Below are positions 51,636 through 64,000 of a stretch of DNA of 64,000 nucleotides, piece by piece. How positions within the stretch are numbered: position 1 is the first letter of the stretch; each line of letters starts with the position of its first letter. This DNA comes from Heptranchias perlo. Taxonomy: Eukaryota. The notes beneath the pieces were generated by a model. That model was given only the letters and a program-made list of their open reading frames with translations. It searched no databases and was not told where the DNA came from. A program made the translations under genes and the position numbers. The stretch spans positions 8,246,001 to 8,310,000 of the forward strand of contig NC_090357.1 of the NCBI RefSeq assembly GCF_035084215.1, read 5' to 3'.

Positions 51636-53639
51636 GCAGTCATTGTACGTGAAATCCAATTACGACATTTGAGAAACATGTTAAGCCTCTATATCATTAT
51701 AAATCTTTCTTTATGAAGATAAAAAACCGTAATTCACTGTGTCCTTCATTTTTAGGTTTAGTGCATAAATATTAATCCTCAAAAAAGATAGTTCTATCCT
51801 CATTTTTATGGGATAATGACTAGCTATCAGCAAGTTACAAAACTGATTTTGAAACTGAATAGAAATTAAAATTGAATTGATGATGGGTGCCTCCAAGTGT
51901 GGTTTTATGGTTATGGTGCAAGAGGGAATCTCGAAGAATGACATATTCAATTGGAATATACAGGGGGCATCTGTTCCAACTCTTGATTCATATCGGTGCC
52001 TAGAGGTCCTGATAGCCAACTTCGATCTGGACATAATTCTTCAGGACTGCGCTGAGGAAACTCTGGGACTTTGAATCACAGCTGCCAGATATGGCACAGG
52101 TGGAGACCGGCTATGAGAGCACACACTTGTGTGTTTAGGGCTCGTTGTCTACCATGATTGAACTGCAGAGCAAGCAGCTGCTGAAGCTCCTCACTTGTAA
52201 CGGGTGTCACTCCATTGAGTATGGTGTGAGTCCATGCTGTGGTTTGGAGGATGGTGGCAATGCACTCACATACCTAATGGTGAGTTATGCTGCCCATCAT
52301 GCCACTCTTAAGGAGCTCTTCGTACCTGCTACCCACTTAGTGATGGCTCACACCTGTGCTTGTCAGTTGTATAATGGCCATCTAGTGACTATCCTGGGGG
52401 AGGGGAGCGATCAGAGTCTCTTTGGAGTTGAAGTGGTTTCCAAAGATAACACACCTGGCAATGGGAGTTTGGATTCAATCCAACCCTGATTGCTGGATTT
52501 GGTAATTGGGATACTCCAGGGCGCTGTGATGGCTGACATAAGATGGCTGACTAAAGGAACCTGGCAGAGTAGACCTGTCGCTAGGAGCTGGAATTTCTCA
52601 TACTTGGCTCCAGATAACCCTGCAAGATGGTCCTAGCTGGATAAGGAGAGGGAGTTTATCAGTGGTCTGTACTTGTAAACCACGCAGTTTTAGTGATTAA
52701 ACTCCAGTAGTACCCCTGTGCACGTTTGGGGTGCCTAAGCCTTGGTGAGGTGTGACCTTATAGGGAGACAGTGTGCACTCCATATGGGGCAAACAGATAT
52801 TTTACTGGGGCCAATTTCTCAATAACCTACTTCTAAGACTTAAACATTATGGAAGTGACATTGGACCTTGGGAAGGGAAATGGGTGCAGAGGTTCAATTT
52901 AGGGGGCCAATCTCCCATTACCGAACAATGTCGAAAACGCGACTGACGGCATATTGGTTCAGGTAGTGTAGAGGTGTCCGCGGTGGCTGCCTAAAACAGG
53001 CGTTAGGTCCTTTGAGTATGCTAATAAGGGGCCTAAAGGACCCAAACTGGAAACTGGTTTGCTCTGAATGCAGCAGGAGTCAGGCTTTCTGTATTCAGGA
53101 TTACCTGGTCTACAAGCGACGTAACCAGTGGTCCTTAAAGGGAGGAGTGCTCCTCCCGGCTCCACATTAAAACTGCGATCTGTTGCTGGCCACCAGTCTC
53201 CCCCATCCCGGAATCACCTTAGGTCCTCTGCCAGTGACCTTGGGGCTGATTTTGCTACCTATCCCACCCTCCCCCTCAACTGGCAAGATGCCTCTGGGGC
53301 CGCGACTGGCACCTGTAGCTCCCCGGTACTATACTAATGAAACTGGTGGACCAATTTGCCATGATCCTACCACCGGCCTCATTAGGCGTGATCTAATTTC
53401 TAAGCCTCTGTTTTAGGGTACAGGCAGTTACTAGCAAATCAGCTGATATTATTAGGGTAGTATTGAATCTACGAATGCATCAGGCCCTATAAAGTTATGA
53501 CTGGAGGAGTATCACACCAGAGTTACTGGAAATAAATGCAGACCCTCATGTTTATGCCAGGGACACATGAGCTTCACCTCAGCATTCTGTATCAATACAC
53601 AAGTCCATGTTCAGCAGCAATGCTCCACATACTGCTTCT

Positions 53640-54590
53640 TATCCATCATCTGAAAACACAATGTTATGGAATCAGGTTCCACGTGTACGCTGATGACACC
53701 CAGCTCTACCTAACCACCATCTTTCTCAATCCATCTACTGCCTCTGTGTTGTCAGACTGCTTGTCCATCCAGTCCTGCATAAGCCAAAATTTCCTTTAAT
53801 TAAACATTGGGAAGACTGACGCCATTGTCTTCAGTCCCCACCACAAACTCCGTTCCCTAGCCGCCGATTCCATCCCCCCTCCCTGGCCACAGTCTCCAGC
53901 TGAACCAACCTCAGCCTCCTATTTGACCCCGAGTTGAGCTTCCGACCCCATATCGTCTCGAACACACAGACTGCCTATTTGTCGATCGTCTACGTCCCTT
54001 CCTCAACCCATCTGCTGCTGAAACTTTCATCCATGCTTTTGTTGCCTCCAGACTTGCTTGTTCCAATGCTCTCCAGGCCGGCCTCTCCCACCTTGCACCC
54101 TCTGTAAACTGGAGTTCATCCAAATCTCTGCTGCCCGTATCCTAACTCGCACCAAGTCCCATTTCCCCATCATCCCTGTGCTCGCTGACCTACATTGGCT
54201 CCCGGTCCACCAATCTCTCGATTTTAAAATTCTCATCCTTGTGTTCAAATCCCTCCATGGCTTCGCCCCTCCCTATCTCCGTAACCTCCTCTAGCCCTCC
54301 AACCCTTTGAGAACTCTGCAGTCCTCCAACTCTGTCCTCTTGTGCATCCCCCACTTCCTTCACTCCACCATTGGTGACCAGCCCTTCAGCCATCTAGGCC
54401 ATAAGCTCTGGTATTCCCTCCCTAAACCTCTTCACCTCTCTCTCCTCCTTTAAGACACTCCTTAAAACCTACCTCTTTGACCAAGACCTGTCCTAATGTC
54501 TCCTCCTTTGGCTCGGTGTCAACTTTTCTCTGCACCTTGGGATGTCTTACTACGTCAAAGGTGCTATATAAATGCAAGTTGTTGTTATGC
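53640..54590 (+). mobile_element. L2 LINE 3' about 0.95 kb
   Basis: FHVYADDTQLYL (RT motif), LADLHWLPV..FKILILVFKSLHG; L2 tail. Confidence 0.9.
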
Positions 54591-54829
54591 CTGTGGAGCT
54601 TTCTCCCAGTGGAAGTACACAGTTAACCATCACTTGCTCAACCGTGATTAGGCCAGGGAAATTCTGTGTCTTGTCCCTTTGGAATCTCAGTTCAATTTTC
54701 TCTAAAGTATTTCTGTATTCCCAGCAACCACCACGGCTAAATTAACAAAACATCTGCTCATGTTGCAACTGTATTGTTATGCCACTTGAGATACGTATTT
54801 ATGATTTTCATGGATGGTTGCAATATCTC

Positions 54830-54921
54830 TTTGTGGCTCAGTGTCAAATTTTTGTCTGATTACGCTCCTGTAAAGCACCGTGGGATGTTTTACTACATTA
54901 AAGACGCTATATAAATGCGAG

Positions 54922-54955
<34 letters not shown>
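54830..54955 (+). mobile_element. L2 3' tail ending in (GTT)n
   Basis: gacgctatataaatgcgagttgttgtt... Confidence 0.75.
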
Positions 54956-55435
54956 GAGACCGCCCAAATTTGGCATTAATTGGCAGCTTAGGACGGTTAG
55001 TGTGGAACTGGAATTCAAACACTGTGTAGGTTGCTCTTTTGAGTTCTAGGTTAAGGCGCATTGTTGAGGTACAGTAGAAGGAGTCTCATTTTGCACCAAG
55101 CAATTCTATAGCGATCCTGGGGTACTCAATGCCGACACTGGCGTAAAATAATGAAAATGCCCCTTTTCCTCATTACTCTGATCTTCGAAGGGTAAAAAAG
55201 TATTTCTTTTTAAAAAAGGAAATTGATAAAATAAAAGAACTAAAAGTGATGGCAAAATTGTATCTCCTTCATCAGATTTCCCTCTGGCTTAATTATTCAC
55301 ATACACTGATCCTGGTACCAATGGAGAACACACTTACGTTTAAGATGCAATTCCATTAAATAAAAATGCACCTTAGAACATCATAAAATCAACTCGGTAC
55401 ACCTTTCAAAGCTATTATTAAAACTTTTCCCCAAG

Positions 55436-55441
55436 TTTATT
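55436..55441 (-). terminator. candidate polyadenylation signal of gene C
   Basis: AATAAA on the minus strand about 490 nt downstream of the stop. Confidence 0.45.
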
Positions 55442-55927
55442 TTGTGTAGTTATCAGATTAATGTAGCAGCAGATCAATTTGAAATGTTCTCAAACAGTCT
55501 TCAGTAAGAGTAACACATCATGGTAATTTACGAATGTCGACTTTTTCATTTGTAAAGTCATTTTGTATTTACAAATGACACCCCTAACACCTAGGTAGTC
55601 TGTAGTAACTGATATAAACATACCTGGTGATAGCAATTTTCACAAGAACAGGAACAACCTGTAGTACATTCTTTTTGTAAAGATAGTGGTACATGTTTGC
55701 TAATACAGCACTTTAGCATCCTGGCTAGTGGATAAATAAAATGATACAGCATTGTCAATCTATTTGTGTTAATGTAAACATTTGGAATAATAATATTAAT
55801 AATAATATTTTGCATTACCAATAATAATATTAATAATAATATTATTATTGGTAATGCAAAACAAGACAGTCCACAGTTGATCATGGTCTGAGGTACAAAT
55901 GTGGTTGCTTGACTTGCTCTACTGTCC

Positions 55928-56525
55928 TTAATTAAAATTTTGGTGGAATGTGTCCCACAGAGAAGTCAATCTACTTTTAAGGTTTTCAGCACATGGAGTG
56001 AGGCTTTGCTGGACGTCCTGGGCCACAGGGATGAATGTAAGTTTCATCTCCTCGATGTTTTTATAGAATTTTTCACTGATTTCATTGGCGTAAGGAGGGG
56101 CATTTTGGTGGAATTCCTCCAGTCGTTGGTTGAGCATCTCTTGAACAAATTGAACATGTGGAGTGATGTTCACATCAATGCCCTCAATATTGGTCTTGAT
56201 TTTCTCCCCTAACTCTGCAGCTAAAGGGGTCAGCCTTTGGCAAAGATCCTTAGCATTCTGAGTAACTTGCTCCTTAAGACTGCTGGCCTGGGAGTCTAGT
56301 ATAAGGAGGCACTGCTCAATATACTGGTTGATCCTGTTACGGAGGTCCTCAGTATGCAGAAGGATTCTGCCTTTGAGCTGTTTCAAGTCCATCTGAATCT
56401 GTTCCTGGAGCCTCACACTATCTCTGACGAGTCTCTCACAAACGGCATCTGACAGAGGAGTTACTTTCTTTTGTAGCTCCTTAACATTGCCGTTGAGGTT
56501 GTCCAAGTTCTCTGAAATTCTTCGG
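55928..56525 (-). CDS. apoa4: gene C last coding exon (amphipathic 22-mer repeats)
   Basis: Acceptor ttcatctgtag at 56526+; covers ORF 55928..56506; stop TAA. Confidence 0.9.
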
Positions 56526-59500
56526 CTACAGATGAAACCAAAGATTACAAAGAGGACTCTACTTTTGTCACACTTTCTGTGCCCTTAACTAAACTAGTAT
56601 TTATGCTTTTTTTAAATTTTAGCTGCTTGGTTCCTATATCTCCCCACCTAAATACATTTTGAACTTGAAGCCACTAGTGCTATGAATCCTACTAGAGCTG
56701 GAAAGGAAGGCAAACATTATTACTATTGGTAACACCCATTTAAGACTTAGCCAAAATGGCACATCCACCCTATGGGCTGATGTGCTACATTCGGAGGTTT
56801 TTTTTTATTCGTTCACGGGATGTGGGCGTTGCTGACGAGGCCAGCATTTATTGCCCATCCCTAATTGCCCTCGAGAGGTGGAAAACTAGTGGCTTTATTT
56901 CAGCTACCTAAGTCATCTTTAATCTTGAGTGTCAGTCAACACATGCACACGATGAACCACTTAAGCAGAACTTGTGGCTTTATGAAAGACTATGAGACTA
57001 TTGTGTCATTACATTCTATTGTACATTGGCCAGAAACAAATAGTCTTCCTGATCATTTTTAGTTGACTATCAATACCAGACAGTATTTATCTTAGTGGAG
57101 ATGATCATATTGATATTCTATTGTATAAATAACCAAATGTTTGGTAGAATGTTGGTAATTGGTAGCTACTTACTTGAGGTGCTTGACCATCTCCTGGTTA
57201 TCGATCTGCTCAATGGTGCCTCTAGCTGTGTCACTCACTTGACTGAGGTAGCTTTGAAGAGTATTTCTCAGTTCATCTCGACCAGTTGGGGGCTTAACTT
57301 GCCACAGGACTGCACCACGAGTCCCTATACAAAAGAATAGGGGTAAAAAAACATTAATGGAAACAGTTATTAAACCAGATCTGAGTCACATTTTAATATT
57401 TTTCAAACATTCTCTGCAATCTCTGTAGAAAAGGCCACAGACTGATATTTTAGCCCTATTTATGAAATGCACGGGTTCATCATTGTACATAAATTAGTCA
57501 ACATTCTCTAAAGCTAATGGGTAATAAATAGTTTCTCTATTGAAGACCATCTGAGAAATTGAGAATGTAATGGAGTTTATGCAAAAATAAACAATGCAAG
57601 ATTTTACATCTGAATGCATGGGATGTTGACAAGGGTAAAGCAAAGATTTATCACATTTGATCCCTGATCCATTAGGTTATTGATCTCACCAGGGGTGGCA
57701 GTGCCACAACCGACAGCAGCACCTCTAAGCTAGTGAGGAGAAAACAGAGAGTTTCTGTTCATTGTCCATTGACCCCTCCTGATAACGTACACCGGGTAAG
57801 GACACGATGGGTTTTGGCGGTGAAGTCTCGCTGCAGGGGAACCGCCCACCAACACTCACTGTCTACTCTCATACATGAAAAATGGCCAATTGGGCGAGGC
57901 ACTGGTGGGCATCATCCCATCATGAGACAGCATGTTCAGGTGAGCAAAGGAGAAAATTAGATTATTCAATTAGTGTAGGGACACACAATGGTGCATCAGG
58001 TACTTCAAAAGTATTCAAAAAGATCTAATGGGTTCAGATGTACACATAATCCTTCGATTGGCTTTAATTTCATACTTTGTTATAGAGTTCCTAAACACAA
58101 CACAATGCTAGATTGAATATAGTGTTTTGTTTTAGGAACTCTATGGATACCAGCATGGTATTATTATAATGCTTAACAGGTTTGCGCAGTAGCATACATC
58201 AGCTGCAAATCATTATTGAAATGCTGACAGAAAAAGTATAAATGGCAGTATTCCTGTTTATCCATGTTAATCTGAATAGTTTAATCAACATCTTAGAACT
58301 TAGATCTCAGACAAAACTGCAAATGCTGTAAGTCTGAAAAATAAAACAGAAAATGCTGAATATACACAACAGGTCAGTCGGTATCTGTAAAGAGAAAGGT
58401 CAGGTTTTGGATGTGCACCGTGTCATCTCTCTTTTCAGATACTGACTGACCTGTTTGGTATTTTCAGCTTATTCTGATTTTAATCTAAAAACTTGTCCTG
58501 TTTAAATTGAAATACTTTTCAAAATAAAGTACCAATATTGCCATATCAGAGATGATCTTGTTAGGTCAATTGCTAAACTTAAATCTGAGATAGATAGCTT
58601 TTTGGCAATCAAAGGTATTAAGGGATATGGGCCAAAGGCGGGTATATGAAGTTAGATCACAGATCAGCTATGATCTTATCAAATGGCGAAGCAGGCACGA
58701 GGGGCTGAATGGCCTACTCCTGTTCCTATGTTCCTATGTGATTGTTGTATTAATAAAGCTTGTCTATGGCAACTAAATTACATCAAAATCCTGGAAGTCC
58801 CTTCCTAACAGCACTGTGGGAGAACCTTAACCACACAGACTGCAGTGGTTCAAGAAGGCAGCTCACCACCACCTTCTCAAGGGCAATTAGGGACGCCCAC
58901 ATCCCATGAACGAATAAAAAAAAAACATCACACTGACATTGACATTTGTACCAGTGGTTTTTGTTATTCTGATTTTCGGTTATTACGTTGAAAAGAGAAA
59001 CAAATAAGTAACCCCCATGATAATTCATCAAATTCATGCAGTGAGTAGCTTAGCCCTAGAGACCAGCAAGATCCCAGTGCTATAGTTAGCCAGAGTTGTG
59101 GAAGGGACTCTACAATAGCAGCTTCAGATTACGGATTAGTTAGTGGGGGGGTGGGGGGGGACGCGGGGGGAATTGATGGGTGAAATTAAAGGTCATCCAG
59201 GATTCCGGCTCTGGATCATTATCCATCAACTCATGCTGGAAAGCACATGTGTATACACATCTGGTGAGGAAAGGGTGAAGCTTGGCTGTGATTCGCCATG
59301 GGTTGAATAGCCTGGTGATATTCATCATTAAAGCTCAAAACAGGATAATGGCCACATGGGTAAGGTACCAAAGTGTTCCTGGTGCCCATGAAGTCATAGC
59401 CGAGGAAGGAAAAAGGTTAGAAAGAGAAAAAAAAAGTAATGGAACAAGTTAACTAAAATGAAGAAAATAACAACCCATTACACTTGGCGACATCAAACGC

Positions 59501-59609
59501 TTCGCTTAGATCAAATCAAAACTTCCCTTAGATTCGTACACTGCTGTTGTGTTATTTTTTTCGACATACCTGTGATTAACAGGACCAAGATCATAACGAT
59601 TGTCTTCAT
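55928..59609 (-). CDS. apoa4: Apolipoprotein A-IV (gene C), spliced: 59609-59570, 57324-57174, 56525-55928; 262 aa
   Basis: GT-AG junctions with phases 1 and 2 give one open frame of 789 nt: MKTIVMILVLLITG|TRGAVLWQVKPPTGRDELRNTLQSYLSQVSDTARGTIEQIDNQEMVKHLN|RRISENLDNLNGNVKELQKKVTPLSDAVCERLVRDSVRLQEQIQMDLKQLKGRILLH... It has proline-punctuated amphipathic repeats. The pattern LQKK..P......ERL..DS..L.E.I...L..L..R.L.H matches recalled human APOA4. Confidence 0.85.
57174..57324 (-). CDS. apoa4: gene C exon 3 (pro-segment and N-terminal block)
   Basis: ttttgtatag acceptor, gtaagt donor, 151 nt, phase 1 to phase 2, open frame. Confidence 0.88.
58565..58740 (+). mobile_element. CR1 3' tail
   Basis: ggggctgaatggcctactcctgttcctatgttcctatg. 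Confidence 0.75.
58783..58925 (+). mobile_element. LINE 3' end (44710 family)
   Basis: tcaaaatcctggaagtcccttcctaacagcactgtgggag...catcccatgaacgaataaaaaa. Confidence 0.75.
59570..59609 (-). CDS. apoa4: gene C exon 2 (signal peptide MKTIVMILVLLIT)
   Basis: ccatcATG context, hydrophobic signal peptide, G|gtatgt donor. Confidence 0.88.
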
Positions 59610-60944
59610 GATGGCTGCAGGCTCAGACACTGTAAATAAAATATTATCTTTTAGCACTTGCGAATTTAATGTATTTATTTCATTTATACTGTCAGATGAT
59701 TACACATTCAGTCTTTTAGGCTTATTAAGAACAAAGGAATAGAATTAGTAGCTCTTTAATGCCCCAATGGCTTAGTTGGTAAGTGCATTGCCTGGTGTGC
59801 AAATGACCAGAAAGGTTCTAGGTTTCATCCTTGAGTTAGCTGACCTAAGCCAGGATCATGTGTGACTGTGTGAAACAAAATTTGAATCACTGGTGTAGCA
59901 AATTTTCTATGAATTTATTTCACTCATCTGACACTTCTGAAATGCATGCTATCCGAAATTGGTTTACATTTTAGATCAGGATGGGTTTCAGTATTTGAAT
60001 TGAGTTTAAACATGTCTTCCCTCTTCCCACCTCCCCCCCCCCCAAAAAAAAATAAATAAATTAACATGAAAATTCCTTTAGAAAGCCAAACTGACTTTCT
60101 ATCTAGGGGTATTTATTCTATTATTTATTCTATTTATATAGGGCATTATCAAATCTTTGAGAAATGCCTCAAACTGCTTCAAGCACTTTGAAGCTTGTTA
60201 CATGGGCAAATGTAGCAGCAAGATCCTACAAACAGCAAGGCTATGCATGACCAGGAAATCTGTTTTTGTGGTAGTGTTGATTCAAATGGTGCCAGGGGAT
60301 ATTTTTCATCTAGTAAAACAAGTAGATGAGACTTTGGTTTAATGTCTCAATTGAACAACAACACATGTGACAATGCAGTATTGCAGTGGAGTATCAACTT
60401 AGATTACCAGTTTAACTTCTGAGAGTGTCAACAACTAAGTCAAGTGAAATATGTACGTGTACATATGAAGAAACTCCTTAATACAACACAGTGTGTTGGA
60501 GCACTATGCCTGTGGGGTCACTGGTTAGATCTCCATATTACTGAGGATGTGTTAACTGAAAATTCTGAATGAATTGGAGAAAAATAAAATCACCCAGTGC
60601 TCTTCAAAGCAGTTAGTTTCACTAAAATACATCAAAAACTAGTTTAATTTTTTTTTCACAATTAATGATGCTAATTCCTCATATGAATATTCCTAGCTAA
60701 AAAATAATTTTGAGTGAATAATTTTTCAAATTTAAGTACTTTACCATGTGAATAAAAGAACAAAAATTAGTTTAAAACAGTACAAAATAACTATAACGTA
60801 CATCAGAAATACTACCCTAGAACACATACCTACAAAGCAAATGGTATTTTTCTCAAGCAAGTCACTTTAATCTTAATGGCATTTGTGAGAGCTAAAATAT
60901 AGCATAGAGACATGACACATTAAAATCAGTGAAGCATCTCTCAC

Positions 60945-61120
60945 CTATCTCCGTTTAGGTGCTTTCTCGGCCTTCTCTCCTTCGCTTCTTCTGCTGCCTG
61001 GATCCCAAATTTCCTTGTATTTATCACTCGGCTGTTATCACATCTGATAAGGAAGAGAACTGTACACTGTGCTTGGTAAGTTTTGATTATTTGGAAGTAT
61101 GGGGGTCAAAGATCAGGGTT
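60945..61120 (-). promoter_or_regulatory. gene C non-coding exon 1 and proximal promoter
   Basis: Donor TAG|gtgaga at 60945/60944; TATA-like GATAAATA at about 61018-61025; GATA sites at about 61036 and 61044; DR1 GGGTCA-A-AGATCA at 61103-61115; motif catctgataaggaa shared with the promoters of genes A and B. Confidence 0.7.
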
Positions 61121-63423
61121 TATGATAAGTCAACTTCTAACACAGCAATGCGAAGATCAACTGATCACATGAAGAGTCATTTGAAGTGTTTGTATTTAAC
61201 AAGACGATTTTCTTTAAATTCTTCATCCTATTTTGACTCCTTTTTAGCTCTTCCTTTTACAGTCTTCTATTGCACTATACTATCCCAGGCAAATCTTGCC
61301 AGCCCACTCAATGCAGCCGGAAACTCCCGATTCCACCCATGGTGGAGGGAGTTGCCCAGGCCCCCCCACGACCATGTTCCCCTCAGCCCCCTGAGCAAGA
61401 GAGCCGCTCCTGAAATGTTTCAAAAGAGCAGCTGTAGGGTTCTTTGGGGATCCAAGCTACTTCCCTGACATGGATCACGAAAGTGAGGTCCACCTGCCTG
61501 TATGGAGCTCACCTCACTCAGAGTACTAGACTCCTGTTACGACCCTATGGAGAGGGAATTCCCTACACCGAGAGTTCCCGCTCCCGACTCTGACCACTTG
61601 CCATCATTTGCCGTTTAAGAGGTGGGCAGAGGTTCCGCACCTCGAGGCAACCAGGAAACTCCTGAAAGGGCAGAGATCCAGCGCAAGCAGGTCTCTGCCA
61701 TTTTTGTAGGGATTCCACTGGCCTCCTGTTGGATTTACGGCAGGTGGAACCTCGGAGGAATTTCAGGGCCATAATCACTAATCTCAAATAAAAACAAAAA
61801 AATCGTTAAACTCATATGCTTCAGCTTCAACATCCTCCCACTAATTGGTTAAGTAACTTCTGCAAGCCGGTTCCCCACTGATCAAGATTTAAACAAACAT
61901 AAATATAAAAAAACCCAGAAATAATCAAAAGGATGTAACTGGTTATTTTCTAAAAGGGAGTATAGACAATTACACTAGTTTTATCCTGCTGGGCTGAAAC
62001 TGTCAATATCACTCTATTGACAGATAAGATAGACAATTTGATACAGGGTGGGTCTTTGTTAATTTTGACCTCAGCACAGCATCTAGCAATCCATCCACCA
62101 GTCTTCGAGAACTCTGAAACTCAGATAGTGGACAGAGTTTAATATATAATGTATTATTGCTGGACCTACCTCAGCACCTTGTTCCAGTATGCTTTTATTA
62201 TCCACCTGTATGAGTGTCTGGTTTATATTGCTACAATGGAGAGTCCTCATTACAGCAAACTTAGTGAGAAAATGCAATCAGTGTCCAATATTGAGAGATG
62301 TTCAAACAGTGCACCTTGAGGTGATCGAAGATCATGGGGCACTGGGTTCTAATCTACGACCTTTATGTTTGTGGTACAGATATCAAGTATGTTGTACCAG
62401 GACATAATGCTGGAATCAGGCTGCTGCTTCTCTCTGTCTTTAACAAACAAGTCGAATCAGTAGTTTATGCAGTCATTACCAAGCTTTTATCATTAAATCA
62501 GTTAATTGTACAGAAGTAATTTTACTACAGTTCCACTAAAAATTGCTTATATTTGTGAACATTTGGAACACTTCTGTGTTATAAATAACCTTTAGTGTTT
62601 TCATTCTAGCTTATTTAAACTCCTTAATGCATTATTTTTGCTGTGGTTGAAAGTTTGCATTGATGTTCAAATACCTGTAACCACAGAGAAACTGGGTAAA
62701 GCTGGTGATCAAAAATACTGTACTTTCACCTCTAGAACTCAGGTTTGAATGCCAGGCTAGACTAATGAGATTAACATTTCTTGCATGTAAAAGCCTTATA
62801 TGAGTTTAGGCGACCTCAATTCAGTTTCCAATGGGTTCGAGTCTACATCACAAAATTGTACTTTTCTTAAATAAAACTAATCACATTGGATACAAACCGG
62901 CAGCCCATTGCTACCTGTCACATGGTCTTCGGGTCTGATTCCTCTATAGTGGGATGTAAAGGGTTGGAAGCAATAAAATAAGAGGACGAGCGAAAATTAT
63001 CCTCTCTGCAACAAGTACAAATTAAAACATTATGACAAGAAACCATGTAATCGATGCTAATATGTAACATACCAAATGTCATCCCCACAAACCCCATGCC
63101 CATTCTTCAGAGAGATAGGCCTCGATATTAACCACCCCACAACGACGAGCGGGAGGAAGTCGGGGGTGGGGGTTTAAGCCGTAAAGGTCCCTGGCTGCAG
63201 CCTCCTGCCGTTGATTTTCCCGCTCGACAGCCGGCCAGCTTGTCAATTTGGCCAACTGCCGGGTGGGAAACAGAAGATGACTATTATAATAAGGTCCTGC
63301 CATTAAATTAGAGTCCCCAGCCTTGCTGGGTTCCCCCTATGCTATCGTGCACCCCTGCAACCTCCCCGTAAATATTGGGGCCATAGTTTCTGACTACCAT
63401 GATTTTTCTTCTCTCCCACACAC

Positions 63424-63786
63424 ACAAAATTATGAGGGGCACAGATAGGATGGATACTAAGGAGCTTTTTCCCTTCGTTGAGGGTTCTATAACAAGGGGA
63501 CATAGATTCAAGGTAAAAGGCGGGAGGTTTAGAGGGGATTTGAGAAAGAACTTTTTCACCCAGAGGGTGGTTGGAGTCTGGAACTCACTGCCTGAAAGGG
63601 TTGTGGAGGCAGGAACCCTCACAACATTCAAGAAGCATTTGGATGAGCACTTGAAATGCCATAGCATACAAGGCTACGGACCAAATGCTGGAATATGGGC
63701 TTAGAGTAGACAGGGCTGATGGCCGGCGCGGACACGATGGGCCGAAGGGCCTCTATCCATGCTGTATAACTCTATGACTCTATGAC
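63424..63786 (+). mobile_element. CR1 3' fragment
   Basis: TRGHRFKVKGGRFRGDLRKNFFTQRVVGVWNSLPERVVEAG; (ctctatga)n tail. Confidence 0.88.
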
Positions 63787-64000
63787 ACCCAATACGATAT
63801 TTAAGGCAATATAAGAATGCCAATCTTACAATGTACATTTCCTTTTAGCAAAAAAAGTTTTAATGTTTGAAATGCAATGTTATATCTCTTTTACTGTATA
63901 ATGAGAATGTTGGATGATAAGTAAATTCAACCTAATTTGACATTTGGAGAACTCCATATCTCCAAATTAGCATAGATGTACCCAAGCCATAGGCCTTTGG

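Noticed and set aside
52060-52800. Possible additional gene or retroelement fragment
   Set aside because: Composition looks like decayed coding or transposon DNA, but I could not recover a frame or family motif.
60959-61468. 169-aa plus-strand ORF
   Set aside because: Overlaps the gene C promoter in antisense, has a non-ATG start and no recognisable similarity.

Overview
Eukaryotic, intron-containing vertebrate DNA, almost certainly from a cartilaginous fish (shark). It is dense in CR1 and L2 LINE fragments, SacSINE1/DeuSINE-type SINEs, Penelope-like ends and PIF/Harbinger elements, and most ORF-track calls are repeat debris. The real genic content is a tandem cluster of three minus-strand, four-exon exchangeable apolipoprotein genes, reconstructed here by hand from splice sites and reading frames. 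Gene C (55928-59609, 262 aa) is a recognisable apoA-IV. Genes A (22946-26473, 202 aa) and B (32601-38531, 231 aa) are divergent apoA-IV-like duplicates. A and B share well-conserved promoters, introns, signal-peptide exons and 3'UTRs (about 87% in one hand-aligned UTR block). Their mature proteins are only about 30% identical and carry several N-glycosylation sequons, which suggests accelerated coding evolution or neofunctionalisation. Weak evidence points to a fourth minus-strand gene with very small 5' exons (16.7 kb to 2.1 kb) that runs off the left edge.
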